Positions 35,128-44,937 of a stretch of DNA of 64,000 nucleotides are shown piece after piece; within the stretch, counting starts at the first letter, position 1, and every line of letters starts with the position of its first letter. The stretch is from Candidatus Nomurabacteria bacterium RIFCSPLOWO2_01_FULL_41_18 (GTDB taxonomy: Bacteria > Patescibacteriota > Minisyncoccia > Phycocordibacterales > UBA9973): assembly GCA_001785865.1 (NCBI GenBank), contig MFUZ01000003.1, positions 15,048-79,047 on the forward strand, in the 5' to 3' direction. Below the pieces are notes generated by a model that had not been told where the DNA came from, did no database searches, and saw only the letters and a list, made by a program, of their open reading frames with translations. The translations under genes were made by a program, and so were the position numbers.

Positions 35128-37179
35128 ATGAGTAATATATTAAATTTAAAAGGAGTAAAGCTTTTTGCCATCATCGTGTTGGCATTGGCTGTACTCGCAA
35201 CATTCGGAATGGTTGCTGTGCAATCAGCAAGTGCTGATGCAGCTGCTCTTGCGACTTGCCCTACGTTGAGCCAAGGTTCATCTGCACAAAGTTGTGTTAT
35301 GAACCTACAAGGCGCGCTCAATTCGTTTGGAGCAACGCTCGTAGTTGATGGAGCTTTTGGTCCTATGACCAAGGCCGCAGTCGTATCCTTCCAATCTGCT
35401 CGTAATCTAGTTCCTGACGGAGTCGTCGGTCCTTTGACAAAAGCAGCTTTGATGGGTGCAACGGGAGGAGTATTCCCAGCAGGTTGTACTTCAGCTGCAG
35501 GGTTTAGTACCACTACTGGTGCTCCTTGTACCTCAAGTTCTCTTCCAGCAGGTTGTACTTCAACCGTAGGTTACAGCCCAACTACTGGCACAAAGTGTGA
35601 TGGTAGCCAAGGCGGTGGCGGTGGTGGAGGAGATACAGGCCTACAAGGTGGTGCAGGATCAGCTAACTATTCATTAATGTCAGATTACAGTAGTGAAACA
35701 GTTGGCGAAGGTGCAGAAGATGTGAAAGTTGCTGGTATCGAAGTCGAAGCAAATGGCTCTGACCTTGAACTTACAGCAGTTCGTTTAGTCTTTACACAAG
35801 GCACAGCAGGTAGCGACTTTGAAGACTATGCTGCCGAAGTTTCTGTATGGCTTGATGGAGAAGAACTCGGTCGCGTAGATGCTGATGAATTCACTGATGG
35901 CAACAATTACACCAGCACTATCACTCTTGACAGTGGCGTCATCGAAGAAGATGCGACTGGAGAGCTCGTAGTGGCTATTTCAGGAATTGGTAATCTTGAC
36001 ACCAACGATGCAGGTGACACTTGGACGGTAGATTTCCGTTCAGTTCGCTTCCTCGATGCGTTGGGAGATTCAACTTCCGAAGACCCATCAACAGCTACCA
36101 AGACGTTCTCTTTTGAGAACTTCGCTACATCTTCAGACAGCAGACTCGATATGCGTTTGACGACTGGTGATGCTGCAGATGCGATCAACAAAGCTCACTT
36201 GATCAACTCTCATGCAACTGATGAGACTGAAATGAAGAACGTTGTGCTCTTGGAATTCACTATGGAAGCGGAAGGAGACTCTGACCTTGAAATTAGAGAC
36301 TTCGGAGTTGACATTGTGGTTGCCACAGAAGATCATGTAGATGATCTTATTGCTGGCGGCACAGCACCTGAAGTTTTCCTTGAAATCGAAGGCGAGAACT
36401 ACGGTACTGCTGGTTACAACGAAGATGCTGATGACACAGACGTAGGGGTAGACGAAGAAGTTGCCTTTGCTGACGTGGATTACACCATCGATGCCGGCGA
36501 TACGGTTACAGTTCGCATAGTTGCAAACTTGACCGCTGCTGATGTTCACGCTGCAGGCTCTACTATCTACGCTCAGGTTACCGAGACTCAAAGCAACGAT
36601 ACCGCTTTGTTTGATATTCGGGATGAGTCCAACACCCAGCTCGCGGATGCCGATATGGTTGGTACTCCAACTGGCGAAGCTAGCACCTTGCGAGGTAGTG
36701 GATTTAACCTTGTTTTCGTATCAGAATCTGCAACTGAAAGCCACTCCGGCAACGTTGCTAACGCTTCTGACCACGACGAAGGAACATTCACTCTCGTATT
36801 CACAGTAGAGGCATGGGATGACAATGCTACAAGCATCTTCATCGACAACACCGCTCCAACTGAGACTGGTGGTGCTACGGAATCAGACGTGAATGTTACA
36901 GGCACAGATACCTATGTAACATCAAGTATTGAAAGGACTGGTGGTGATACTGCGGTAGAATCTGGCGATGACTTTGAAGTGTTAGCTGGAGACACGGTAG
37001 AATTTACCATTACCTATGTCACTGCAGCTGGCGCAGATGGTTTGTTTGATGTATCTCTTGGAAGTCTTCTATACGCCCTTGCTACGGGTGATGGAGACCT
37101 TACCGTTGCTGATGCACAAATCGATCTTCTCGACTTCAAGACGACACCTCCACTCAACTTGAACTATGATGTTGACTAA
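35128..37179 (+). CDS. Secreted S-layer-like protein with peptidoglycan-binding domain
   Basis: Signal peptide; DGAFGPMTKAAV..FQ...L.PDGVVGP.T; two PAGCTS..G.S.TTG..C repeats; Gly linker; acidic Thr-rich beta body. Confidence 0.85.
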   Translation: MSNILNLKGVKLFAIIVLALAVLATFGMVAVQSASADAAALATCPTLSQGSSAQSCVMNLQGALNSFGATLVVDGAFGPMTKAAVVSFQSARNLVPDGVVGPLTKAALMGATGGVFPAGCTSAAGFSTTTGAPCTSSSLPAGCTSTVGYSPTTGTKCDGSQGGGGGGGDTGLQGGAGSANYSLMSDYSSETVGEGAEDVKVAGIEVEANGSDLELTAVRLVFTQGTAGSDFEDYAAEVSVWLDGEELGRVDADEFTDGNNYTSTITLDSGVIEEDATGELVVAISGIGNLDTNDAGDTWTVDFRSVRFLDALGDSTSEDPSTATKTFSFENFATSSDSRLDMRLTTGDAADAINKAHLINSHATDETEMKNVVLLEFTMEAEGDSDLEIRDFGVDIVVATEDHVDDLIAGGTAPEVFLEIEGENYGTAGYNEDADDTDVGVDEEVAFADVDYTIDAGDTVTVRIVANLTAADVHAAGSTIYAQVTETQSNDTALFDIRDESNTQLADADMVGTPTGEASTLRGSGFNLVFVSESATESHSGNVANASDHDEGTFTLVFTVEAWDDNATSIFIDNTAPTETGGATESDVNVTGTDTYVTSSIERTGGDTAVESGDDFEVLAGDTVEFTITYVTAAGADGLFDVSLGSLLYALATGDGDLTVADAQIDLLDFKTTPPLNLNYDVD

Positions 37180-37293
37180 ATTCTTTAGTCAGATAGTTTA
37201 GAGTAGGAGTTTCGTTTAATTAGTCACGACTCTGGTTAATACACCTTAAAAAGTATTCCCGCTTTCGGACGGGTAAAACAAACGAAACAAAAC

Positions 37294-37330
37294 AACCCCC
37301 GCCTCTTACGAGAGGCCGGGGTTTTTTGTT
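37294..37330 (+). terminator. Intrinsic terminator of the S-layer gene
   Basis: AACCCCCGCCTC-TTACGA-GAGGCCGGGGTT followed by T-run. Confidence 0.8.
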
Positions 37331-37361
37331 TTTATTGGAGAAATTGTTTATAATCAATTTT

Positions 37362-39287
37362 ATGGCGCGAACATGGATAGTATGTATAACGGTTGTTTCT
37401 ATTTTTTTATTTCCTCTATTATATATAGGAGGATTTTCTTTCCCGGCGATTTTTCCCCACGCTATGTTTATATTTTTTATATCAGAGCTATTGCTTTTAC
37501 TCTTTTTGTGGGGCGGAATACGCAAACAACAATTGGTTTTCAAAAAAAGTCTTCTTACTGCGGGGCTTTTGGCATACATTGTCGTTTTATTTATTTCCGC
37601 GCTCGCGGGCGCTGATTTCTTGCAGTCGTTTTGGTCAAGCTATAGTCGGATGACTGGCTTGGTCACCTGGGTTCATTATTTTATTTTGTTTTTCGTTCTC
37701 TCGTCGGTTTTAGAACGGCAGGACTGGAAATATGTTTTTCGGGCGTTGATTCTTTCCGCAATTGTGCTTGCGATAGGGTCTTTTCTAGGACCGACTGGTT
37801 TCAATATCGGATGGAAACCGATTGCAGGGGCAGGATCGTTACTAGGAAACAGTAGCTACAGCGGTATCTATTATGTACTGGTGTTTTTTATGTCTGTTGT
37901 CGGATTTGCATTGGAAGACAGAAGAAAATGGAAATATATATACGGATTCGGCTGGCTAATAATATTCATTAGTCCTGATCTGTTTAATTTTCAATTTTTC
38001 ACGGGAGCGATATCTTTCTCTGAAATTTTCGGAAACCCCTTTTTGCTTCTTGGGTATGCGCGGGCGTCAACTGTGGCATTGTGGACGGGGATTGTCTTAC
38101 TGGGGATTTTGTATGGCATCCATACTATATCTAAAGTTTTTATCCAGAAGATGCTTTTGGGGATTGTGTTTGTTTGTCTTAGTGGAGGGTATGTGTTCGG
38201 CTTCTTGTCTATCATCAACAAGCAGGGAATTGTCTATGAAAAATATATAGAGGAGGAGGGCGAACATATTCGGTCAAGTGTGTGGAATATTGCCTTACAG
38301 AGCATAAAGGAACGTCCATGGTTTGGCTACGGGCTGGAGAACTTTGAGCATACATATCAAAAACATTTAAACGCAAGCATGATTGAGAATAAAAATGATT
38401 TGCGGATGGTTACGCTTAGAGAGACTTTATGGTTTGATATGGTGCATAATACAACACTGGAATCGCTAGTTTATAACGGTGTTATTGGTACGCTTACAAA
38501 AATATTGCTTTTGGGAATAGTTCTTTTTCTGTGTATGCGCCGGTATTTTCAAAAGAGAGAATTTTATTTCCTAGTTGTACCTTTCGTTTTTATTTTGCAT
38601 TTACTCCAGACACAGACATCGTTTGAGACAGACAGCGGGTTACTGCTCTTGTTTTTATTGCTTGCCTTTCTAGTCTCGCGCGAAGAAAAGATCATTGCCT
38701 TGTCGCTTCCCGGAAACAGGTGGTGGTACAGAGTTGGGGCTGTGGCATTGTTTATGGTTACGTTGTATAGCTTTATATTTGTTCCAATTCGTGAGAATAA
38801 GACATTGGCAAATATACAAAGTGCGGCATATGTTGATAAAAGAATTCCTCTATATAAAGATTTGTACTCTTTACGTATGTCTCCCGAAAAGAGTTTGCGG
38901 ATTTTATCCGGTAAATACACGGCTGGTATTGTTACCAAATATGAAGACATTTTACAGTATCAACAGTCGGACAATGTCCGCAAGGAATTGAATATATATC
39001 TTGACTTGTATGAACACTATTTACCACGTTATGAGAATAGTTACAGGTATTTGATTGACTATGCAAATGTCATACACATCGCGTATCTTTTTGGTATTAA
39101 TGAAACAGAGAAGGGTGAAACGCTGTCGCGTCGAGCACTTTCTATCTCACAGTCATATCCTCATGCGTACTGGTTTCTCGCGTTTAATATGTATCGTCAA
39201 GAAAGGTTTGACGAAGCAAAAGAGTATATGCAAGCGGCGCAAACAATTGATCCATCAATAAAATCTGACTTTCTGTATAAAAATTAA
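37362..39287 (+). CDS. O-antigen ligase / O-oligosaccharyltransferase-like (Wzy_C) with C-terminal TPR
   Basis: About 12 TMs, LLGN, R...W..A...I.ERPWFGYG.ENF, D.VHN; TPR-like tail. Confidence 0.85.
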   Translation: MARTWIVCITVVSIFLFPLLYIGGFSFPAIFPHAMFIFFISELLLLLFLWGGIRKQQLVFKKSLLTAGLLAYIVVLFISALAGADFLQSFWSSYSRMTGLVTWVHYFILFFVLSSVLERQDWKYVFRALILSAIVLAIGSFLGPTGFNIGWKPIAGAGSLLGNSSYSGIYYVLVFFMSVVGFALEDRRKWKYIYGFGWLIIFISPDLFNFQFFTGAISFSEIFGNPFLLLGYARASTVALWTGIVLLGILYGIHTISKVFIQKMLLGIVFVCLSGGYVFGFLSIINKQGIVYEKYIEEEGEHIRSSVWNIALQSIKERPWFGYGLENFEHTYQKHLNASMIENKNDLRMVTLRETLWFDMVHNTTLESLVYNGVIGTLTKILLLGIVLFLCMRRYFQKREFYFLVVPFVFILHLLQTQTSFETDSGLLLLFLLLAFLVSREEKIIALSLPGNRWWYRVGAVALFMVTLYSFIFVPIRENKTLANIQSAAYVDKRIPLYKDLYSLRMSPEKSLRILSGKYTAGIVTKYEDILQYQQSDNVRKELNIYLDLYEHYLPRYENSYRYLIDYANVIHIAYLFGINETEKGETLSRRALSISQSYPHAYWFLAFNMYRQERFDEAKEYMQAAQTIDPSIKSDFLYKN

Positions 39288-39308
39288 TATGATACAATAC
39301 ACAGCATT

Positions 39309-40220
39309 ATGAAATGTTTAGTAACAGGTGGGGCGGGGTTTATCGGCTCGCATTTAGTGGATCGTTTATTCCAAGAAGGTCATGAGGTATATGTCGTTGA
39401 TAACCTTTCTACCGGGAAACGAGAGAACATTAACAAAAATGCACGCTTTCTTGAAGGAGACATAACAAATTTCGACGAACTTCAAAAGATATTTACTGAA
39501 ACAAAGCCAGAATATGTGTTCCACGAGGCCGCTATTCCACGTATGCCTGTTTCTATCGAAGACCCCGTCGGTACATCAAAAGTAAATATCTTAGGCACAA
39601 TTAATGTGCTGAAAGCTGCGGTGGATGCTGGAGTTAAAAAAGTTATCTTCGCTTCTTCTTCTTCGGTTTATGGCGACCAGAAGACCTTGCCCCTAAAAGA
39701 AGATATGTCACCAAACCCCATGAGTCCGTATGGTTTACAAAAATATACTGGAGAACTCAACCTTCGTCTGTTTTCGTCTCTCTATGGTTTGCCCACTGTT
39801 GCTCTGCGTTACTTTAATGTGTATGGACCAAGAGCTGATATCAATTCCGATTATAGTTTAGTTGTAGGCAAGTTTTTAAGGTTGAATAAAGAAATGAAGC
39901 CGCTTACGATATTTGGGGATGGAAAGCAATCCAGAGCTTTTTGCTATGTAGAGGACGTAGTGGAAGCAAATATAAGAGCCATGAATTCTGCTCGCGTGGG
40001 AACCGGAGAGGTAATTAATATTGGGGCTAGAATTCCAGTTTCTGTGGAACAAATTGCCGAAGCCATAGGCGGAAAAAAAGAATATCTACCACCTAGAACT
40101 GGAGATCCTATGCATACAGCTGCTGATCTCTCCCGTGCAACAGAACTTTTAGAATGGGAGCCTAAAGTAAGTTTTCAAGAAGGTCTTAAGAAAACAAAGG
40201 CATGGTTTGATAGACAGTAA
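39309..40220 (+). CDS. NAD-dependent epimerase/dehydratase (WbpP/GalE-like)
   Basis: TGGAGFIGSH, SSSSVYG, YGLQK, RYFNVYGP. Confidence 0.93.
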   Translation: MKCLVTGGAGFIGSHLVDRLFQEGHEVYVVDNLSTGKRENINKNARFLEGDITNFDELQKIFTETKPEYVFHEAAIPRMPVSIEDPVGTSKVNILGTINVLKAAVDAGVKKVIFASSSSVYGDQKTLPLKEDMSPNPMSPYGLQKYTGELNLRLFSSLYGLPTVALRYFNVYGPRADINSDYSLVVGKFLRLNKEMKPLTIFGDGKQSRAFCYVEDVVEANIRAMNSARVGTGEVINIGARIPVSVEQIAEAIGGKKEYLPPRTGDPMHTAADLSRATELLEWEPKVSFQEGLKKTKAWFDRQ

Positions 40221-40239
40221 CAAGTAATACATGGCTGAC

Positions 40240-40322
40240 ATAAATTACAAGTTACTATTTACATGTTACGGATTATTAGTTACTATTTACCAGTTACGTG
40301 TTACTAATTACTAGTTACTAAT
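40240..40322. repeat. Degenerate heptamer tandem array (consensus GTTACTA/ATTACNA)
   Basis: About 11 units containing TTAC at 7-nt period. Confidence 0.75.
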
Positions 40323-40331
40323 TTTAAAACA

Positions 40332-41171
40332 ATGAATAAAAAAAACTTAAAAGACATTAAAATAGCGATAGTGGGTGTCGGAATGGTCGGAGGAGCAATG
40401 GCTAATTATTTTAAAAAAGCTGGAAGAACTCCGTTTCTGTATGATCCCCACAAGAACATGGGTTCCAAAGGAGATGTGAACCAAGCAGATGTTGTTTTTA
40501 TTTGTGTGCCAACCCCGTTTTTGAAAGATGGGAGTGGATTCGACTTGTCGTATGTAAAGGAAGCTTGTGAATTTTTAGAAAAAGGGAAGATCGTGGTCAT
40601 CAAATCAACCGTTGTTCCCGGAACTACAGAGAAGCTCCAGAGGGAATACCCTCATCTTAAGTTTTTATTTAATCCAGAGTTTTTAACGGAAATTACCGCT
40701 GATCAGGATATGAACTATCCTGATCGCCAGATTCTGGGATATACCAAAGAGAGTTACAACGTTGTTGGTCACTTGATGCGACTACTGCCACTTGCGCCGT
40801 ATGAGAAAATAATGCCCGCGACAGAAGCAGAGATGGTGAAGTATTACGGGAACACTTGGTTTTCCGTGAAAGTAACCTTTGCCAATCAGATGTACGACCT
40901 CTGCGAGAAATTGGGCATTGATTACGATTTGGTAAAGGAAGCCGCCGCAGCTGATAAGCGTATCGGTCCGTCACACCTTGAGGTGTGGCACAAAGAATAT
41001 CGGGGATATGGTGGCAAGTGTTTGCCGAAAGATACACGCGCTCTCATTGAGCTCGCTGACTCTATAGGCGTGGATATGAAACTTCACAAGATGGCGGAAG
41101 AGATAAACAATAGAATGATGGATGAACAGGGAATAGAAGACCCCGAGAAATTTTCAAAGAGAGAGGGCTAG
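40332..41171 (+). CDS. UDP-glucose/GDP-mannose dehydrogenase-like, lacking the C-terminal domain
   Basis: GVGMVG, ICVPTP, KSTVVPGT, NPEFL, GYGGKCLPKD; only 279 aa. Confidence 0.88.
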   Translation: MNKKNLKDIKIAIVGVGMVGGAMANYFKKAGRTPFLYDPHKNMGSKGDVNQADVVFICVPTPFLKDGSGFDLSYVKEACEFLEKGKIVVIKSTVVPGTTEKLQREYPHLKFLFNPEFLTEITADQDMNYPDRQILGYTKESYNVVGHLMRLLPLAPYEKIMPATEAEMVKYYGNTWFSVKVTFANQMYDLCEKLGIDYDLVKEAAAADKRIGPSHLEVWHKEYRGYGGKCLPKDTRALIELADSIGVDMKLHKMAEEINNRMMDEQGIEDPEKFSKREG

Positions 41172-42416
41172 CTAAATTCTTTGAAAGAAAAAAAATATCA
41201 TTGCCGATCTTACCACTTCTGTAATAAGTATTGTCCCTACGACTCCCCAAATGCCGAAAAAGGGCGTTAGTAGAAGAAGGAGAATAATCCTAAAAATAGA
41301 GGATCCTACCCTAATGACATAAAGGTCCTTTTTTCTTAAGTCGCTTACAAGCGCGGTTTCCAAAAGTTGGAAAGGAATCATTATTCCAATAATTGATAAT
41401 GCTTGCAGATAGATTATCGACTCTAGATAGTTCGGAAAGAATATTTTATAGATAAAAGGTATAATTGCAATATTAGCAATGACGAATGGTACTGATAGAA
41501 AAAATAAAGAAAAGAATTTATTCAGCAGTCCTTTTTTGATATCTTTTACATTTTTCTCACCAATTTTTGGGAGCGCGAGTGCTTGTATTGGTAAATAATT
41601 GTTTAATGCTTTTATGGGAAAGTAGCTGAAAGAATATACAGCGACCTGAATAGGACCGAGGAAGTGCCATAGAATTACTGTATCAAAATTTTTCCCAATT
41701 TTAGCGATTGCATCCATTATTGTCATATCTTTGCCAAATTTTATTGCACTGCCATCCTGTTCGTTGTTTTTCAGTTGTCTGATGGTTTTATATAATAAGA
41801 ATCCTTCGAAAACCGCATGGGCGACAAGGGTTGTAAAAATAACCCAGAAGACGCTGTTGGTGAAGTAGATAACAGGAAAAAGCGCTAGTAGTATTAAGAG
41901 TGCAGGCCCGAATTTATATAAGCTCTCTTTGGCAAACTTTTTTTTAGCATTCCAAAAAACCCTAGCAAGAGGAAATGTGGTCCAGAAAGGCAGGAAAATA
42001 GCGGCAACAAAAAAACTGCTCGCCAGTTCCATATTTTGGTGCGCGAGGTACCAACCAGCCGCTGTAGTAAGACCGAGTGAACCAACTAAAGACCACTTCA
42101 TTTTTTTCTTAATAACAGTGATGAGCGCGCCCTCGCTATTACGAGCAATGCTTCTAATAAGCGTTGTATTTAACCCAGACAAAGCGAAAATGCTTGCAAT
42201 ATCAATTCCAGCAAGCACGAATTGATATGTACCATACATTTCTTTAGGGAACCAACGCGCGAATGCCATCATTGTTACAAATGAAATAGTAAGCACTCCA
42301 ATTCTGCCAAGAATAATCCAGAAACTTCCTCCGGCAACGTAAACCATATCCGTTTTTGTATAACGTTCCGACCAGCGGAGCAATTGCAATATTTTGTTCC
42401 GTAATAATAATTGCAT
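41172..42416 (-). CDS. wzx: Polysaccharide flippase
   Basis: About 12 TMs, ARW..KE.YG.Y, D..IL..FLG...VA.Y, L.P.FGIWG. Confidence 0.85.
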   Translation of the reverse strand: MQLLLRNKILQLLRWSERYTKTDMVYVAGGSFWIILGRIGVLTISFVTMMAFARWFPKEMYGTYQFVLAGIDIASIFALSGLNTTLIRSIARNSEGALITVIKKKMKWSLVGSLGLTTAAGWYLAHQNMELASSFFVAAIFLPFWTTFPLARVFWNAKKKFAKESLYKFGPALLILLALFPVIYFTNSVFWVIFTTLVAHAVFEGFLLYKTIRQLKNNEQDGSAIKFGKDMTIMDAIAKIGKNFDTVILWHFLGPIQVAVYSFSYFPIKALNNYLPIQALALPKIGEKNVKDIKKGLLNKFFSLFFLSVPFVIANIAIIPFIYKIFFPNYLESIIYLQALSIIGIMIPFQLLETALVSDLRKKDLYVIRVGSSIFRIILLLLLTPFFGIWGVVGTILITEVVRSAMIFFFFQRI

Positions 42417-42461
42417 ATATCCTATTTTACCAAAAGATGATATGATGTGCTAATCGTTAAT

Positions 42462-43397
42462 ATGTTTTCACGAATCAAAAATTTTCCACACCAATTCTTT
42501 TTTACAGGGGTGTCAAAGTTCCACATTTTTTGGCGTGGATTTCAACTATTATTCTATGAAATATTTGGCAAAAAACAGATCGTTTCCAATGTCAATGGTT
42601 TCTCGATGCTTCTAGACTTGCAGACTCCGGGCATATCAAAGGCGCTGTTTGTTTACGGTACAAGAGAGATTCTTGACACACAAATTGTGCAAGAGGTTAT
42701 GCGCGACAATATGGATGTTATTGAAGTTGGGGGGAATATCGGCTATTATACTCTTTTAGAAGCTAATGGGAGCGCGGGCACAATCTATGTGTTTGAACCG
42801 GATCCAAGAAATAAACCGATTCTTGAGAAGAATATACGAATGAACAATTTACAAGATCGTATTAAACTTTATCCTTGGGCCGTCGGAGACAAGTCTGGCA
42901 ATCAACAGTTTTATTTGGGACGCAAATCAAATTTAAGCAGTACGCAACCTCGGTTCGGAACTACCACGGGAGGACAATTAGAGGTAAAATCTATTAAACT
43001 GGATGATTTTAAGCCGGCATACGCCGCTTCATTCTTGCGCATGGACATTGAGGGCGCAGAGGACTCTGTGATTCGTGGCATGGAAAAAATACTTTTACAA
43101 GGCAAGCCATTTGCTTTTTTGATTGAGCTTCATCCCACTCTATATAAAACGCTTAACATTCCCTTTGTTGAGACTTTGCGTCATTTAAAGGACATTGGTT
43201 TTATTTGTCGCTATGCAATTTCCGCAGGCGTTATTGAACATCCCTTGCTTATATCAAAAGGGTATAAACCCATCCGTGGCGTTCAAGAGACGGAAAAAGG
43301 GCATGGGTTGTACGAACACATTAAGATGGACGATCTTATAGAAATGATGGACGAAAAGAAAAAAATTGTTCGCTCCGTTTTATTAGTGCGTGAATAA
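42462..43397 (+). CDS. FkbM-family methyltransferase
   Basis: EVGGNIGYY, FEP, RMDIEGAE, IELHP. Confidence 0.9.
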   Translation: MFSRIKNFPHQFFFTGVSKFHIFWRGFQLLFYEIFGKKQIVSNVNGFSMLLDLQTPGISKALFVYGTREILDTQIVQEVMRDNMDVIEVGGNIGYYTLLEANGSAGTIYVFEPDPRNKPILEKNIRMNNLQDRIKLYPWAVGDKSGNQQFYLGRKSNLSSTQPRFGTTTGGQLEVKSIKLDDFKPAYAASFLRMDIEGAEDSVIRGMEKILLQGKPFAFLIELHPTLYKTLNIPFVETLRHLKDIGFICRYAISAGVIEHPLLISKGYKPIRGVQETEKGHGLYEHIKMDDLIEMMDEKKKIVRSVLLVRE

Positions 43398-44937
43398 AAA
43401 TACAGGTATGGTAAAAAATACTTCTTTAATAGATTTATTAAAAAAAGGAAGCATTTCATTGTGGGGATATCACGACAAATGTCTTCCCGATTTATTGTTA
43501 GAAAATCATAATGTTTGCATTCACACACGCGACAAACCCTCTACAATTTCACGGGAACAATCAGAAGTTTGTTTTTTAGACAGGGAAATAATTAAAGCGC
43601 TACTGGTGGCATTTCCCCAAAATTCTCGATATATTCTTGTGCGTCTTGCATTCAGAACCTCGTGGCTTATAGGATTTTTTGGGATTATTCGCTGGCTCGC
43701 CCAAAAACAATTTATTTTTAGAGGAATACTACCTTTGCGATCAAGAAAGTCTTGGCAGTTTTGGGTGGTTCTCGAGCGCAGAAAACAAAAAAAAGTGGTC
43801 CAACAGTCCAATTTGTCGGCAGAAATCGGAGTGCAGGGTTTGTTGGACTTTCTGCGAAAAGAAGATATAAATTATGTTGTTTTGCGCTCTTTTGATAAAT
43901 TGCCGAAACTTGCTAGAGAGGGCGGTGATCTTGATATTCTTGTAGCAGACAAAGATGAATTACGAGTGAGAGAATTTTTAAATTTGAATCAGGGTAATAT
44001 TCCTATAGATATATATTCGGTTTCCGGTTTGTCTGCAGGTGGCCTTCCTTATTACCCCCCTCCTCTCGCCAGAAAAATTTTAGAAAGCGCAGTCGAAGGT
44101 CCTGCAGGATCGCGCGTGCCGGCTTTAAGGGAGGCATTTTTAAGTTTTGCCTATCATGTGCTCTATCATAAGGGTTCCCTCACCGAACACAGACATATGG
44201 AAAATCTTTTATTAATGGCCCAAAAGATGGATATTTTTATGGATATTACACTGGAGAACTTAGAGGAGTATCTTGCCGGCCAAGGATGGCGACCGAAACG
44301 CGACACGCTTGCCAAAATTGCTGTGATGAATGAATGGGTTTGGAAAAGATTCTTAGCCGATTCTTCCCCGAAAAACGAGATTGGCCTGGGGGTTTTTATA
44401 CTGAAGGGTGGGGCGGTAAGGCTGGGCTTTGCTAGCGCCGTGGTAAAAGCTATTGAAAGGGATGGTTTTGCCATAATTCATAAAATTCAATTTAATGATA
44501 AGCAAAAACATTACGCCGCAGATCATTTAAGAGGCGGGAACTGGATTTATCAGTCATCGATTTCGCCGGAGGATTATCTACCCGCTATGGCAATTGTTGT
44601 GCTTGATCGCAATCCCATAAAATGGATTAATGAGCAAGCGCTCGGCCAAGTCCCTGCTGGCCGGATGCACGCATTAAAGCTGAAACTGCGGAAAGAGTTT
44701 GATTTAAGCGGACAAAAAAGCTTTATTCATGGCACCGACAATACAACCGAAGCATGGGAATACATAGAAATTTGTTTTCCGGGAGAGTTAGCTCTTATCG
44801 AAAAGAAAATGGAAAATTTCAAACAAAAAAATGGTTTCAATTTTTTAAAAAAAATGCATCTATATTTACGTCTATCGCCTTATTTATTACGGCATGGTTT
44901 GAAAAGATTTATTATTAAGCGTATTATAGAGCGATGA
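43390..44937 (+). CDS. Hypothetical: nucleotidyltransferase-like domain plus NDK-like C-terminal domain
   Basis: YVVLR...GGDLDILV; C-terminal LRKEF...FIHGTDNTTEA.EYI...F. Confidence 0.55.
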   Translation: MNKNTGMVKNTSLIDLLKKGSISLWGYHDKCLPDLLLENHNVCIHTRDKPSTISREQSEVCFLDREIIKALLVAFPQNSRYILVRLAFRTSWLIGFFGIIRWLAQKQFIFRGILPLRSRKSWQFWVVLERRKQKKVVQQSNLSAEIGVQGLLDFLRKEDINYVVLRSFDKLPKLAREGGDLDILVADKDELRVREFLNLNQGNIPIDIYSVSGLSAGGLPYYPPPLARKILESAVEGPAGSRVPALREAFLSFAYHVLYHKGSLTEHRHMENLLLMAQKMDIFMDITLENLEEYLAGQGWRPKRDTLAKIAVMNEWVWKRFLADSSPKNEIGLGVFILKGGAVRLGFASAVVKAIERDGFAIIHKIQFNDKQKHYAADHLRGGNWIYQSSISPEDYLPAMAIVVLDRNPIKWINEQALGQVPAGRMHALKLKLRKEFDLSGQKSFIHGTDNTTEAWEYIEICFPGELALIEKKMENFKQKNGFNFLKKMHLYLRLSPYLLRHGLKRFIIKRIIER

